52,780 bases of DNA from an uncultured Candidatus Saccharibacteria bacterium (lineage in GTDB: Bacteria; Patescibacteriota; Minisyncoccia; Phycocordibacterales; UBA9973). A program made the translations under genes and the position numbers. Below are positions 45,192 through 52,780 of this stretch, one piece after another. The DNA lies in the NCBI GenBank assembly GCA_964412965.1, contig CAYPQU010000001.1:91771-144550 (forward strand). Reading direction: 5' to 3'. Within the stretch, counting starts at the first letter, position 1. Every line of letters begins with the position of its first letter. The notes beneath the pieces were generated by a model, which saw nothing but the letters and a program-made list of their open reading frames with translations, made no database searches and was not told where the DNA came from.

Positions 45192-46763
45192 TTAATAAAT
45201 TTCTTTAGGACGATATTGAAGAGCTTCTAGTATATGAGATGTTGAAATTTTTTCACTACCTGCGAGGTCAGCAATTGTACGAGCAAGCTTGATTGTTCGA
45301 TGATATGCTCTTGCGGATAGCTGAAGTCTCTCTGCACTTTGATTCAGAATTTTCTTAGCTTCATCGTCTAGCGGAGCGTAGATATTTAATTCTTTAACAT
45401 TCATCTCACTATTACTATTTATTTTTCTTGTAGCATTTTTAAATCTTTTAATTTGAATCTCTCTGGCTTTCAGCACTCTTTCCTTAATGTCTTTTGTGCT
45501 GTCACCTTCTCGTTGCCCGTTAGATAATTTTTCAAAATCAACATTACCTACTGTTACCCATAAGTCGATGCGGTCGATTATTGGTCCAGATATTTTTCTT
45601 TTATATCTATCCAAGTCAGAAGGTTTGCAAATGCATTGTTTTTGTTTACTACCTTTATTCCCACAAGGGCACGGATTCATAGCCGCAATTAAAATAAAAT
45701 TAGAAGGAAATATCGCTGAGCCTTTAGCTCTAGAAACTGAGACAAAATTATCTTCTAGTGGCTGACGAAGTGCCTCTAAAACTCTTTTTTCAAATTCAGG
45801 AAATTCATCTAAAAATAGCACTCCGCGATGAGCAAGAGTTACTTCTCCTGGTTTAATGTTTTGACCGCCACCAATCATTGAAACATAACTAGCTGTATGG
45901 TGTGGCGCCCTAAATGGCGGTTCGGTTATGAGATTGTCATCGAGAAGACCAACCACAGAATGAATTCCCATAATCTCTAGACAATCTTCTTTGCTAAGCC
46001 CTGGTAATATTTGAGAGAAAACCCTAGCCAGCATTGTTTTTCCTGTTCCGGGAGGTCCCGACATGGCTATGTTGTGGCCACCAGCCGCTGCTATTTCCAA
46101 TCCTCTTTTTGCAGCCTCTTGTCCTTTAATGTCAGAAAAATCTAAGCTTTCTATTTTTTCTTTATATTCAATTTCCGTTCTTGGTGTTGGCGAAATTTTT
46201 TGTCTCTCTCTTTCTAACGGCTTTTCGCCCCTATCTATTTTTGTGGTGTGTAAATGATCGACAACCTCTTTAAGATTATGAGCGCCAAATACCATGATTC
46301 CATCTATAAGAGCAGCTTCCTTGGCATTATCTATTGGTAAAAATATTTCTTTAAATCCAAGCTTCTTTGCTTCTTCTGCCAAAGGCAATGCTCCCTTGAT
46401 TGACCTTAGATCTCCGTTTAGCGAAAGTTCTCCTAAAAATATTTTTCCTTCGGGATTGAAATTAATTTCTTCAGCAGACAAAAGATAAGCGAGCGCGATA
46501 GCTAAGTCAAAATATGGCCCCTCCTTTTTTAAATCAGCAGGAGACAATGAGATAACTATTTTTTGTTGTTGGTTTTTGGGAGATGGATACCCGGAATTTT
46601 TTAAAGCAGAACTCATTCTGTCTTTGGATTCTTCAACAGCTTTATCGGGTAATCCAACTACCGTAAAACTATGAAGTGTTTTATTTGTGATATCCACTTC
46701 GATGGTTACGAGTTTACCTCGCAAGAGATTTGTTTGAGCTGAATATATTCTTGAGAATGACAT
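45192..46763 (-). CDS. comM: ComM/YifB Mg-chelatase-family AAA+ ATPase
   Basis: VVGLPDKAVEES, SPADLKKEG, GELSLNG, GPPGTGKTMLA, LFLDEFPEF, NPCPCG, LSARAYHR. Confidence 0.92.
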   Translation of the reverse strand: MSFSRIYSAQTNLLRGKLVTIEVDITNKTLHSFTVVGLPDKAVEESKDRMSSALKNSGYPSPKNQQQKIVISLSPADLKKEGPYFDLAIALAYLLSAEEINFNPEGKIFLGELSLNGDLRSIKGALPLAEEAKKLGFKEIFLPIDNAKEAALIDGIMVFGAHNLKEVVDHLHTTKIDRGEKPLERERQKISPTPRTEIEYKEKIESLDFSDIKGQEAAKRGLEIAAAGGHNIAMSGPPGTGKTMLARVFSQILPGLSKEDCLEIMGIHSVVGLLDDNLITEPPFRAPHHTASYVSMIGGGQNIKPGEVTLAHRGVLFLDEFPEFEKRVLEALRQPLEDNFVSVSRAKGSAIFPSNFILIAAMNPCPCGNKGSKQKQCICKPSDLDRYKRKISGPIIDRIDLWVTVGNVDFEKLSNGQREGDSTKDIKERVLKAREIQIKRFKNATRKINSNSEMNVKELNIYAPLDDEAKKILNQSAERLQLSARAYHRTIKLARTIADLAGSEKISTSHILEALQYRPKEIY

Positions 46764-46775
46764 ATTATTAAAATA

Positions 46776-46799
46776 AAAACCACGATATTCCGTGGTTTT
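46776..46799. terminator. Terminator after the DksA-like gene
   Basis: AAAACCACG-ATATTC-CGTGGTTTT. Confidence 0.7.
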
Positions 46800-46805
46800 T
46801 ATTAC

Positions 46806-47165
46806 TTAAACTTTGTTCATACAAATTGTGCATGTTCTTGCAGAAGGATTTATGTCTAATCTTTCTTCCTCAATTTTCTTTCCGCAAACCTCACAAATTC
46901 CATACTCACCTTTTTCTATTTTGTCTAAAGCGTCGTTTACATCTATCAATTTTTTCTCTAAAGAATTAACCTTGATTGTTCTTTCTTCATAGTCTTCTGA
47001 TCTTTCGGCCATATCTGCTTCGTCAGGGACTTCTTGGTTGATTATCTCTGTTTCAGGTACAGCTTCCCAGTCGCCGTGTTCATCTTTTTTGGCGATTAGA
47101 GAAATATCTTCCTCTGCTCTTGTTTTTTCTGCTATTAATTTTTCTTTGAATTTTTCTGTTTTCAT
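46806..47165 (-). CDS. DksA/TraR C4 zinc-finger protein
   Basis: DEADMA coiled-coil tip (DxxDxA), YGICEVCGKKIEEERL...ARTCTIC. Confidence 0.88.
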   Translation of the reverse strand: MKTEKFKEKLIAEKTRAEEDISLIAKKDEHGDWEAVPETEIINQEVPDEADMAERSEDYEERTIKVNSLEKKLIDVNDALDKIEKGEYGICEVCGKKIEEERLDINPSARTCTICMNKV

Positions 47166-47284
47166 GTCTAAGAGTGAATTACATCCACTTGTATTATCTT
47201 CATAATTACAACCTTAAAATTTACTTTAATCTTATCATTTATTAAATAAATAACAACCACAAATTAAGTCATTTAATAAAGGCT

Positions 47285-48181
47285 TTATTTAGGATTTTTG
47301 ATTAAAATTGCATTTATTATTCTTTTTAAGACTTCGGAGTTTTCAGTAATAACTAGAGTGTTTTTATTAACAAAAGAATAAAAAAGAACTCCTTCTCCGT
47401 CTATCCCATACAAGACTCTGGCGTCTTTATTATTAACAATAATATCCTTCCAGTCTTTCTCGAATAATGCTGTGTCAGAGTCAGAAAGTGTTATGTCAAA
47501 AAGAATAAATAAATCAGAGAAGATAGATTTTTCCCAATCAAGCATTGATGCATACGCTAGGTTGTAGTCGTTAATTCCAAAAATAAGAAAACCCGTTGAT
47601 CCATTCACGGCAGAATCGCCTTTATATTTTCCAAAAAGGAAATCATTGTTCATTGATCTAATTAGAGACCCAGGTGCCGTAGATTTCAAGATTGCAAGAA
47701 ACTCATCTTTTGTTAGGTGTCGCTCTTCCTCATTATTTTCTTTTTTGTTTATAAAGACGGCATTAGCCCCGTTCTTTTCCTCGGATTTTACAGAATGAAT
47801 AATTCCAACAAGATTCATTAGGCCGCTCACTTTTGTGGCGTCTATTTTGATAGCGTTGTCGTAACTAATGAATGTCTCAATTCTAGGTTCATGGCGAATT
47901 ATATTACTCTCGCGTATCTTTTTCTGGTTTATAAAATAATAAGCCCCGTAAGCTGATCCAGCAATTAACATTATTCCGCCTAAGAAGAACATGATTTTAG
48001 AAAATACCGAATTGCCTGACTTGGCAAGGGCTTCTTGTTGCTCTCGCCTCTCTTTTTCGGCCATAGCAATTTTAATCACGGAAATTTGATTCTCTCGTAC
48101 GGCTTCAGCCATATCAGAAGAAAAAGTTCTGATTGTTTTTAGGTTAGACCCTTTCTTTTGTTGTTCATTCTTTTCTTCCAT
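47285..48181 (-). CDS. Hypothetical single-TM protein
   Basis: IRTFSSDMAEAV N-terminus, TM at ~63-82, soluble C-terminal domain; function not recognised. Confidence 0.65.
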   Translation of the reverse strand: MEEKNEQQKKGSNLKTIRTFSSDMAEAVRENQISVIKIAMAEKERREQQEALAKSGNSVFSKIMFFLGGIMLIAGSAYGAYYFINQKKIRESNIIRHEPRIETFISYDNAIKIDATKVSGLMNLVGIIHSVKSEEKNGANAVFINKKENNEEERHLTKDEFLAILKSTAPGSLIRSMNNDFLFGKYKGDSAVNGSTGFLIFGINDYNLAYASMLDWEKSIFSDLFILFDITLSDSDTALFEKDWKDIIVNNKDARVLYGIDGEGVLFYSFVNKNTLVITENSEVLKRIINAILIKNPK

Positions 48182-48208
48182 GAAATAAATTTTATTTTTT
48201 AGAGAATA

Positions 48209-50338
48209 TTATTTGGTTATAGTTTTAGGTTTAAAGAAATCTTTGTCTGCTTCTTTAATAGAGAAATTGATTCTGTCTCTTTCGTCTACTTTAATAACCT
48301 TCACGGGAACCATATCACCTCCTTTAATAATATCAGAAACTTTCTCTACTCGGAAAGGTGCAATTTCTGAAATGTGGACTAGCCCTTCAGTGTCTTGCCC
48401 TACTCGGACGAAGGCTCCAAAGTCTGTTATTTTGACCACTTGTCCGGTGGCCGTTTCGCCAACCTTCCACTCGTGAGTCATTTCAGCAATTATTGCCAGT
48501 GCTTTGTCGGCTCCTCCGTTTTTACCTGTAATAAATACTGTCCCATCTTCTTCAATAGTAATTTCTGTTCCAGTTTTTTCTCTAATTCCATTTATATTTT
48601 TTCCCCCAGGTCCGATAACCATACCAATTTGATCTTTATCAATCTTGATAGTTAGTATTTTTGGAGCATGAGGTGAAATATCTGATCGAGGCGTGCGGAT
48701 TTCTTTCTCTATAGTTTCTAAGATTTGAGCACGTGCCACTTTTGCTCTTTCTAAAGCCTCTTTTAATATTTTTGGTTTAATACCTCCAACTTTAATATCT
48801 AGTTGGATAGCAGTAATACCATTTTTAGTGCCGGCTACTTTGAAATCCATATCCCCATAGTGATCTTCTGGTCCTTGTATGTCTGTTAGAAGAACATATT
48901 TGTCACTATCTTTTTCGTCAGACATTAATCCAATTGAAATTCCAGCTACTGGAGTTTTGATTGGCACCCCTCCATCCATCAAAGCCACTGTAGAAGCACA
49001 GATAGAAGCTTGAGAGGTTGATCCATTTGAAGCCGTTGATTCTGAAACCACTCTGATTGAATAAGGGAATACATTTTTTTCTGGGATAACTGGGATAAGA
49101 GCTTTTTCTGCTAAAAATCCATGACCCATTTCTCGTCGTCCTACGTTTCCCACCCTACCTGTTTCACCGCTTGAGTATGGAGGAAAATTATAGTGGTGCA
49201 TAAATCTCTTTTTTGTTTGAGATTCCATACCTTCTATGACTAATTTGTCTTCTGGGCCACCAAGAGAAAGAATAGACAAGACGTGTGTTTCTCCTCTGTA
49301 GAATATTCCGGAACCGTGTAACATCTCTGAAATGCCCCCCGCTTTTACAAAAAGCTTACGAATTTCATCTAGTTTTCTTCCATCAGCACGAACACCTTTT
49401 TCTAGGGCCATTCTGTGAAACTCTGCATCTAGATATGTGTGAAGATAATCTTCCGCTACTCCAATATAATTTTCTTCTTCGGCATATGTTTCTTTCAAAA
49501 TATTTTTCCAAAGATCTTCTGCCTCGTGAGAAACTTTTTTACTTTCACTAGTAAATAATTTTTCTTCTAATATTGGTCGGATTTTTTCGTTGAACAGATT
49601 TATTGTCTCTGGCTTGATTTCTGTTTTTGCGAAAACTAATTTTTCTTTACCTAGTTCTTGTGCTATTTTCTTTTGAAAATCTTCCCACTTAGATATTTCT
49701 TTAACTGCCAAATCAAAACACTCGCCAATTTTTTCTTCATTGTATTCATATGCCATGGCTTCAATCATGTTGATTGTCTCATCTTTTCCGCAGACCAATA
49801 AATCTAAATCGTATACAGATTCTTCTTCGGTTGGAATATAGTTATTGATCTTGATTTCCTGATTTCCTTTTGTGACACCTACCTGAACAGCTCCGATTGG
49901 TCCATTCCAAGGAATGTCTGAAACGAGAGTTGCTATTGATGCAGCATTAATACCAAGAACTTTTGGATCAGCTTTTCCTACGGCGATAACTGTGACAATA
50001 ACCTGGACTGCATTTTTGATACTTTGATCAAAAAGAGGTCTGATGGTTCGGTCAATCATTCTAGACGCAAGTATTGCTTGGTCACTCGCACGTCCTTCTC
50101 TCTTGTTATATTGTCCACCAAGAATTTTTCCAGCTGCATAATATTTTTCTAGATATTCTACTGTAAGATTAAAAAATCCAAGATTCTCATTTGCAGATTT
50201 TGAGATAACAGCTGTTGCCATTACCACTGTTCCTTCACTTTTTAAAATCACAGATCCATTAGCCTGGTCAGCTAGGTCTGTGAATAAAGCAGTAATTTTC
50301 TTACCACCTATTTCTATTTCGTATTCTTTGCTTTGCAT
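48209..50338 (-). CDS. pnp: Polyribonucleotide nucleotidyltransferase (PNPase)
   Basis: IDRTIRPLF, RADGRKLDEIR, FMHHYNFPPYS, SNGSTSQAS, GDMDFKVAG, KH (IGPGGKNI) and S1 domains. Confidence 0.98.
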   Translation of the reverse strand: MQSKEYEIEIGGKKITALFTDLADQANGSVILKSEGTVVMATAVISKSANENLGFFNLTVEYLEKYYAAGKILGGQYNKREGRASDQAILASRMIDRTIRPLFDQSIKNAVQVIVTVIAVGKADPKVLGINAASIATLVSDIPWNGPIGAVQVGVTKGNQEIKINNYIPTEEESVYDLDLLVCGKDETINMIEAMAYEYNEEKIGECFDLAVKEISKWEDFQKKIAQELGKEKLVFAKTEIKPETINLFNEKIRPILEEKLFTSESKKVSHEAEDLWKNILKETYAEEENYIGVAEDYLHTYLDAEFHRMALEKGVRADGRKLDEIRKLFVKAGGISEMLHGSGIFYRGETHVLSILSLGGPEDKLVIEGMESQTKKRFMHHYNFPPYSSGETGRVGNVGRREMGHGFLAEKALIPVIPEKNVFPYSIRVVSESTASNGSTSQASICASTVALMDGGVPIKTPVAGISIGLMSDEKDSDKYVLLTDIQGPEDHYGDMDFKVAGTKNGITAIQLDIKVGGIKPKILKEALERAKVARAQILETIEKEIRTPRSDISPHAPKILTIKIDKDQIGMVIGPGGKNINGIREKTGTEITIEEDGTVFITGKNGGADKALAIIAEMTHEWKVGETATGQVVKITDFGAFVRVGQDTEGLVHISEIAPFRVEKVSDIIKGGDMVPVKVIKVDERDRINFSIKEADKDFFKPKTITK

Positions 50339-50374
50339 ATGATTTTGTTATCCGGCTATCTTTTGATTGCCCAG

Positions 50375-50452
50375 GATAATTTAATCCTCAGACTCTAGTT
50401 TTGAAACTTGCGAAGGCTTCAACTCTAACTGTCTGAAGATTAATAAATTATC
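50375..50452 (-). promoter_or_regulatory. Long stem-loop in the pnp 5' leader
   Basis: GATAATTTA..AATCTTCAGAC...GTCTGAGGATTAAATTATC closes a 78-nt hairpin on the mRNA strand. Confidence 0.6.
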
Positions 50453-50493
50453 TTTTAATATTAATATATATATCACAAAATAGTGATTAATTC

Positions 50494-50526
50494 AAAAACA
50501 CCCCGACTTTTGGTCGGGGTGTTTTT
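50494..50526. terminator. Terminator after the NYN gene (AAAACACCCCGAC family)
   Basis: 14-bp perfect stem; differs from the 10041-10070 copy by one loop base. Confidence 0.85.
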
Positions 50527-51031
50527 AGTAAATTAAATATTTACGATAGTTGGCAGAAAGGTCTAAGAAATCGTCGGCTTGTTCTTTTAGTTTCATACTT
50601 GCAGATTTACCAAATGAAACAACTTCAACTTGGACACCAGAAGTACTTTGCAGATACTCAACAAGTGGAACGAAGTCTCCATCTCCAGCAATTAAAACGA
50701 CAGCATCCAGCTTGGGAGCCATTTTCATGGCATCAACAGCCATCCCAACATCCCAGTCGCCTTTTTTGGCACCACCAGCAAAAATTTGTAAATCTTTTGT
50801 TCTAGTCTCTATGCCTAATTTTGTTAATGCATCAAAAAAATGTTTTTCTTCACCACCTTCACTTGTGATTACGTAAGCTATTGCTCTGACTAATTTTCTA
50901 CCAGCAACAGCATCTTTTAAAACAGCTCCAAAATTAACTTTTCTTTTATATAAATTTTTAGCGGAATGATATAAATTTGATGTATCTATAAAAACTCCAA
51001 CCCGCTGTTCTTTATGTTTGATTATACTCAT
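50525..51031 (-). CDS. NYN (LabA/DUF88, PIN-like) domain protein
   Basis: VFIDTSNLYH, KKGDWDVGMAVD, IAGDGDFVPL, VEVVSF, ADDFLDL; start at MSIIKHK preferred over 51067. Confidence 0.92.
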   Translation of the reverse strand: MSIIKHKEQRVGVFIDTSNLYHSAKNLYKRKVNFGAVLKDAVAGRKLVRAIAYVITSEGGEEKHFFDALTKLGIETRTKDLQIFAGGAKKGDWDVGMAVDAMKMAPKLDAVVLIAGDGDFVPLVEYLQSTSGVQVEVVSFGKSASMKLKEQADDFLDLSANYRKYLIY

Positions 51032-51108
51032 AAAAAAATTTCCTATTATTAAAAAACTCGACCACAATATTAATGATACTACTTTTTAAAACAATAATAT
51101 AGATTAAA

Positions 51109-51143
51109 AACAAAAACCCTCGGACAAGCCGAAGGTTTTTGTT
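51109..51143. terminator. Terminator after rpsO
   Basis: AACAAAAACCCTCGG-ACAAG-CCGAAGGTTTTTGTT. Confidence 0.75.
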
Positions 51144-51402
51144 ATGATTTGATTTTTCTGGTTTCTTCTAAGAATTTCTCTTTATCTTTCTTTTCGATAG
51201 ATTTCAAGTGTGTTCTTCGATCAGCAACCATTTTTATCAATCCACGGCGAGAGTGGTTGTCTTTTTTGTGGACCTTTAAATGATCTGCAAGTTCATCTAT
51301 CTTTTTACTTAAGATAGCAATTTGAACCTCAGGACTACCGGTGTCTTTGTCGTGTCTTTGGCTTTTCTTGATAACATTTTGTTTTTTCTTTGTTGTTAAC
51401 AT
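51142..51402 (-). CDS. rpsO: 30S ribosomal protein S15
   Basis: [28 protein letters not shown]; start at MLTTKKK. Confidence 0.96.
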   Translation of the reverse strand: MLTTKKKQNVIKKSQRHDKDTGSPEVQIAILSKKIDELADHLKVHKKDNHSRRGLIKMVADRRTHLKSIEKKDKEKFLEETRKIKS

Positions 51403-51585
51403 TGCTCCAAAATAGTAGCATAAAATCACTAAAAAAGCAAATCAGGACAAATGCTTGTGGCCCTTGTGAAAAAATTAGCTTAGTATATAATAATATTATA
51501 CCTATTTATTAGGGATCGTTTGCAAACGGTCGAGTATTATATTAATTAGCATTTGTGTTTGTAAAAAAAATACAAAACTAAAATA

Positions 51586-51858
51586 ATGAATAAACAAGCA
51601 TTAGTAGAAATGGTTCACGAAAAACTAGGCGGAACGAAAGTTCAAGCAGAGGATGTAGTGAATAGCATATTTGACTCTATCGTTGCTACCTTGAAAAAAG
51701 GTGGCGAAGTATCAGTAGCAGGTCTTGGAATCTTTTCAGTTAAAGCTCGTGCAGCACGCATGGCTCGTAATCCTAAAACAGGAGAACAAGTTAAAGTCGC
51801 AGCTACGAAAGTTCCAAAGTTTAGAGCCGCAAAAGCTCTTAAGGACGCTGTTAAATAA
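51586..51858 (+). CDS. hup: DNA-binding protein HU
   Basis: MNKQALV, GLGIFSVKARAARMARNPKTGE, VPKFRAAKALKDAVK. Confidence 0.96.
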   Translation: MNKQALVEMVHEKLGGTKVQAEDVVNSIFDSIVATLKKGGEVSVAGLGIFSVKARAARMARNPKTGEQVKVAATKVPKFRAAKALKDAVK

Positions 51859-51880
51859 TTGTTAAACAACAATTGCTTTT

Positions 51881-51914
51881 AAAAAAGCCATCCATTCTAT
51901 CTGGATGGTTTTTT
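51881..51914. terminator. Bidirectional terminator between hup and the ZIP transporter
   Basis: AAAAAAGCCATCCA...TGGATGGTTTTTT. Confidence 0.75.
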
Positions 51915-51930
51915 GTTTTTTAATTTAAGA

Positions 51931-52680
51931 TTAATGAGCTCCTGCTAAGAGAATCATCGCGGCTACGCCGATGCCAATAAAAAATAGAGGCATAACAGAC
52001 TTTCGCGTTTTTGAATCTTTGTGAAGTATCGGTATTAAATCAGCGACGGCAACATATATGAACCCTCCTGCTGCTATGGGCATAAGCCAAAGCGCAAATC
52101 CTTCGGTGGTCGATCCGAAAATTATGGCCACTATTGTTCCTAAGAGTGCCGCGCTGGCAGAAATAAAATTGTAAAGAAGGGCTTTTTTCTTTGAAAAACC
52201 AGAATGAATTAAAACAGCAAAATCCCCTATCTCCTGAGGTATTTCATGAAGGACTACCGCAATGGTGGTTGCGACACCAAGAGGAATGCTGACGATAAAG
52301 CTTGCACCGATAATTATACCATCAATAAAATTATGAAACCCGTCGGTCAAAAGAATCATTCTTCCGGCTGGGTGAATTTCTGAATGTTCGCAATCTTCGC
52401 CGTGATGGTGCCAATGGATAAATTTTTCGATAATAAAAAATATAAGGATACCACCAATAATTAAAAGACTAACAATATGTTCATCTAAGCCACTTTCAAA
52501 TGATTCGGGGATGATGTGGACAAAAGCTCCACCCAAGAGAGCTCCGATAGCAAGACCGATAAAACACCCAATATATTTTTTAAGAATATTTTCTTTGACA
52601 GCCAAAGATATAATTCCGATAAAAGAAACGAGGCCAACAATGGCCACACTTAGAATTGCGTATAAATAATTTGTAATCAT
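51931..52680 (-). CDS. ZIP family divalent metal (zinc) transporter
   Basis: GGAFVHIIPES, HWHHHGEDCEH loop, DGFHNFIDG, HEIPQEIGDF, AAGGFIYVA. Confidence 0.93.
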   Translation of the reverse strand: MITNYLYAILSVAIVGLVSFIGIISLAVKENILKKYIGCFIGLAIGALLGGAFVHIIPESFESGLDEHIVSLLIIGGILIFFIIEKFIHWHHHGEDCEHSEIHPAGRMILLTDGFHNFIDGIIIGASFIVSIPLGVATTIAVVLHEIPQEIGDFAVLIHSGFSKKKALLYNFISASAALLGTIVAIIFGSTTEGFALWLMPIAAGGFIYVAVADLIPILHKDSKTRKSVMPLFFIGIGVAAMILLAGAH

Positions 52681-52757
52681 TCTTTTATTATAGCAAAGCT
52701 GTCAAGATAAAAAAATTGTTTTTATTAAAAAATATGCTAATATATAGTGGTTATCAT

Positions 52758-52780
52758 CGAGGTGTGGTGTAACGGCTAAC
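52758..52780 (+). tRNA. 5' fragment of a tRNA truncated by the window edge (CG start is tRNA-Pro-like; isotype not determinable)
   Basis: CGAGGTG acceptor strand, T8, D-stem GTGT, A14, GG in the D-loop; TATAGT -10 at 52743-52748. Confidence 0.6.

Noticed and set aside
47168-47203. 11-codon uORF MKIIQVDVIHS before the DksA-like gene as a leader peptide
   Set aside because: No regulatory codon runs or attenuator hairpin; short ORFs like this are expected by chance
721-51872. The many 60-170 aa ORFs antisense to or overlapping long genes (e.g. 4223-4588, 15003-15488, 23576-23968, 30023-30535, 37537-38040, 50550-50876)
   Set aside because: Shadow ORFs of well-supported genes on the opposite strand or frame; Ser/Phe/Leu/Ile-rich composition expected from reverse-complemented AT-rich codons
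414-52680. Alternative genetic code (TGA=Gly, as in Gracilibacteria/Absconditabacteria)
   Set aside because: All conserved genes translate full length under the standard code with no in-frame TGA breaks

Overview
AT-rich, gene-dense chromosomal window in standard genetic code from a small-genome bacterium, most likely Patescibacteria/CPR of the Parcubacteria type. This lineage call is an inference from the absence of Shine-Dalgarno motifs before most genes, the absence of biosynthetic genes, a short HolA and a CPR-type pilin/VirB4/VirB6 cluster. The window spans the replication origin (dnaN-oriC-dnaA and rpmH-rnpA-yidD-yidC-jag) and housekeeping genes (polA, tsaE, ruvBC, tyrS, a class A PBP, rsmA, pcrA, comM, pnp, rpsO, hup). 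Directly next to the origin is a ~17 kb minus-strand type IV secretion-like operon with no relaxase, coupling protein or integrase; it includes a pilin fused to an M15 peptidoglycan peptidase and two large proteins with phage-structural-like modules. Non-coding signals missed by the ORF track: the end of a probable CRISPR array at the left edge (72-bp period, type II-B-like repeat), a ~160-nt long-stem RNA between pilB and ruvB, a structured leader plus missing start codon at a LysM-M23 gene, a perfect 38-bp palindrome, a long hairpin in the pnp leader, a family of near-identical terminators, and about 13 genes with a -10 element only 6-9 nt before the start codon (leaderless mRNA architecture). 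All domain calls are by-eye motif recognition; no database searches were run.
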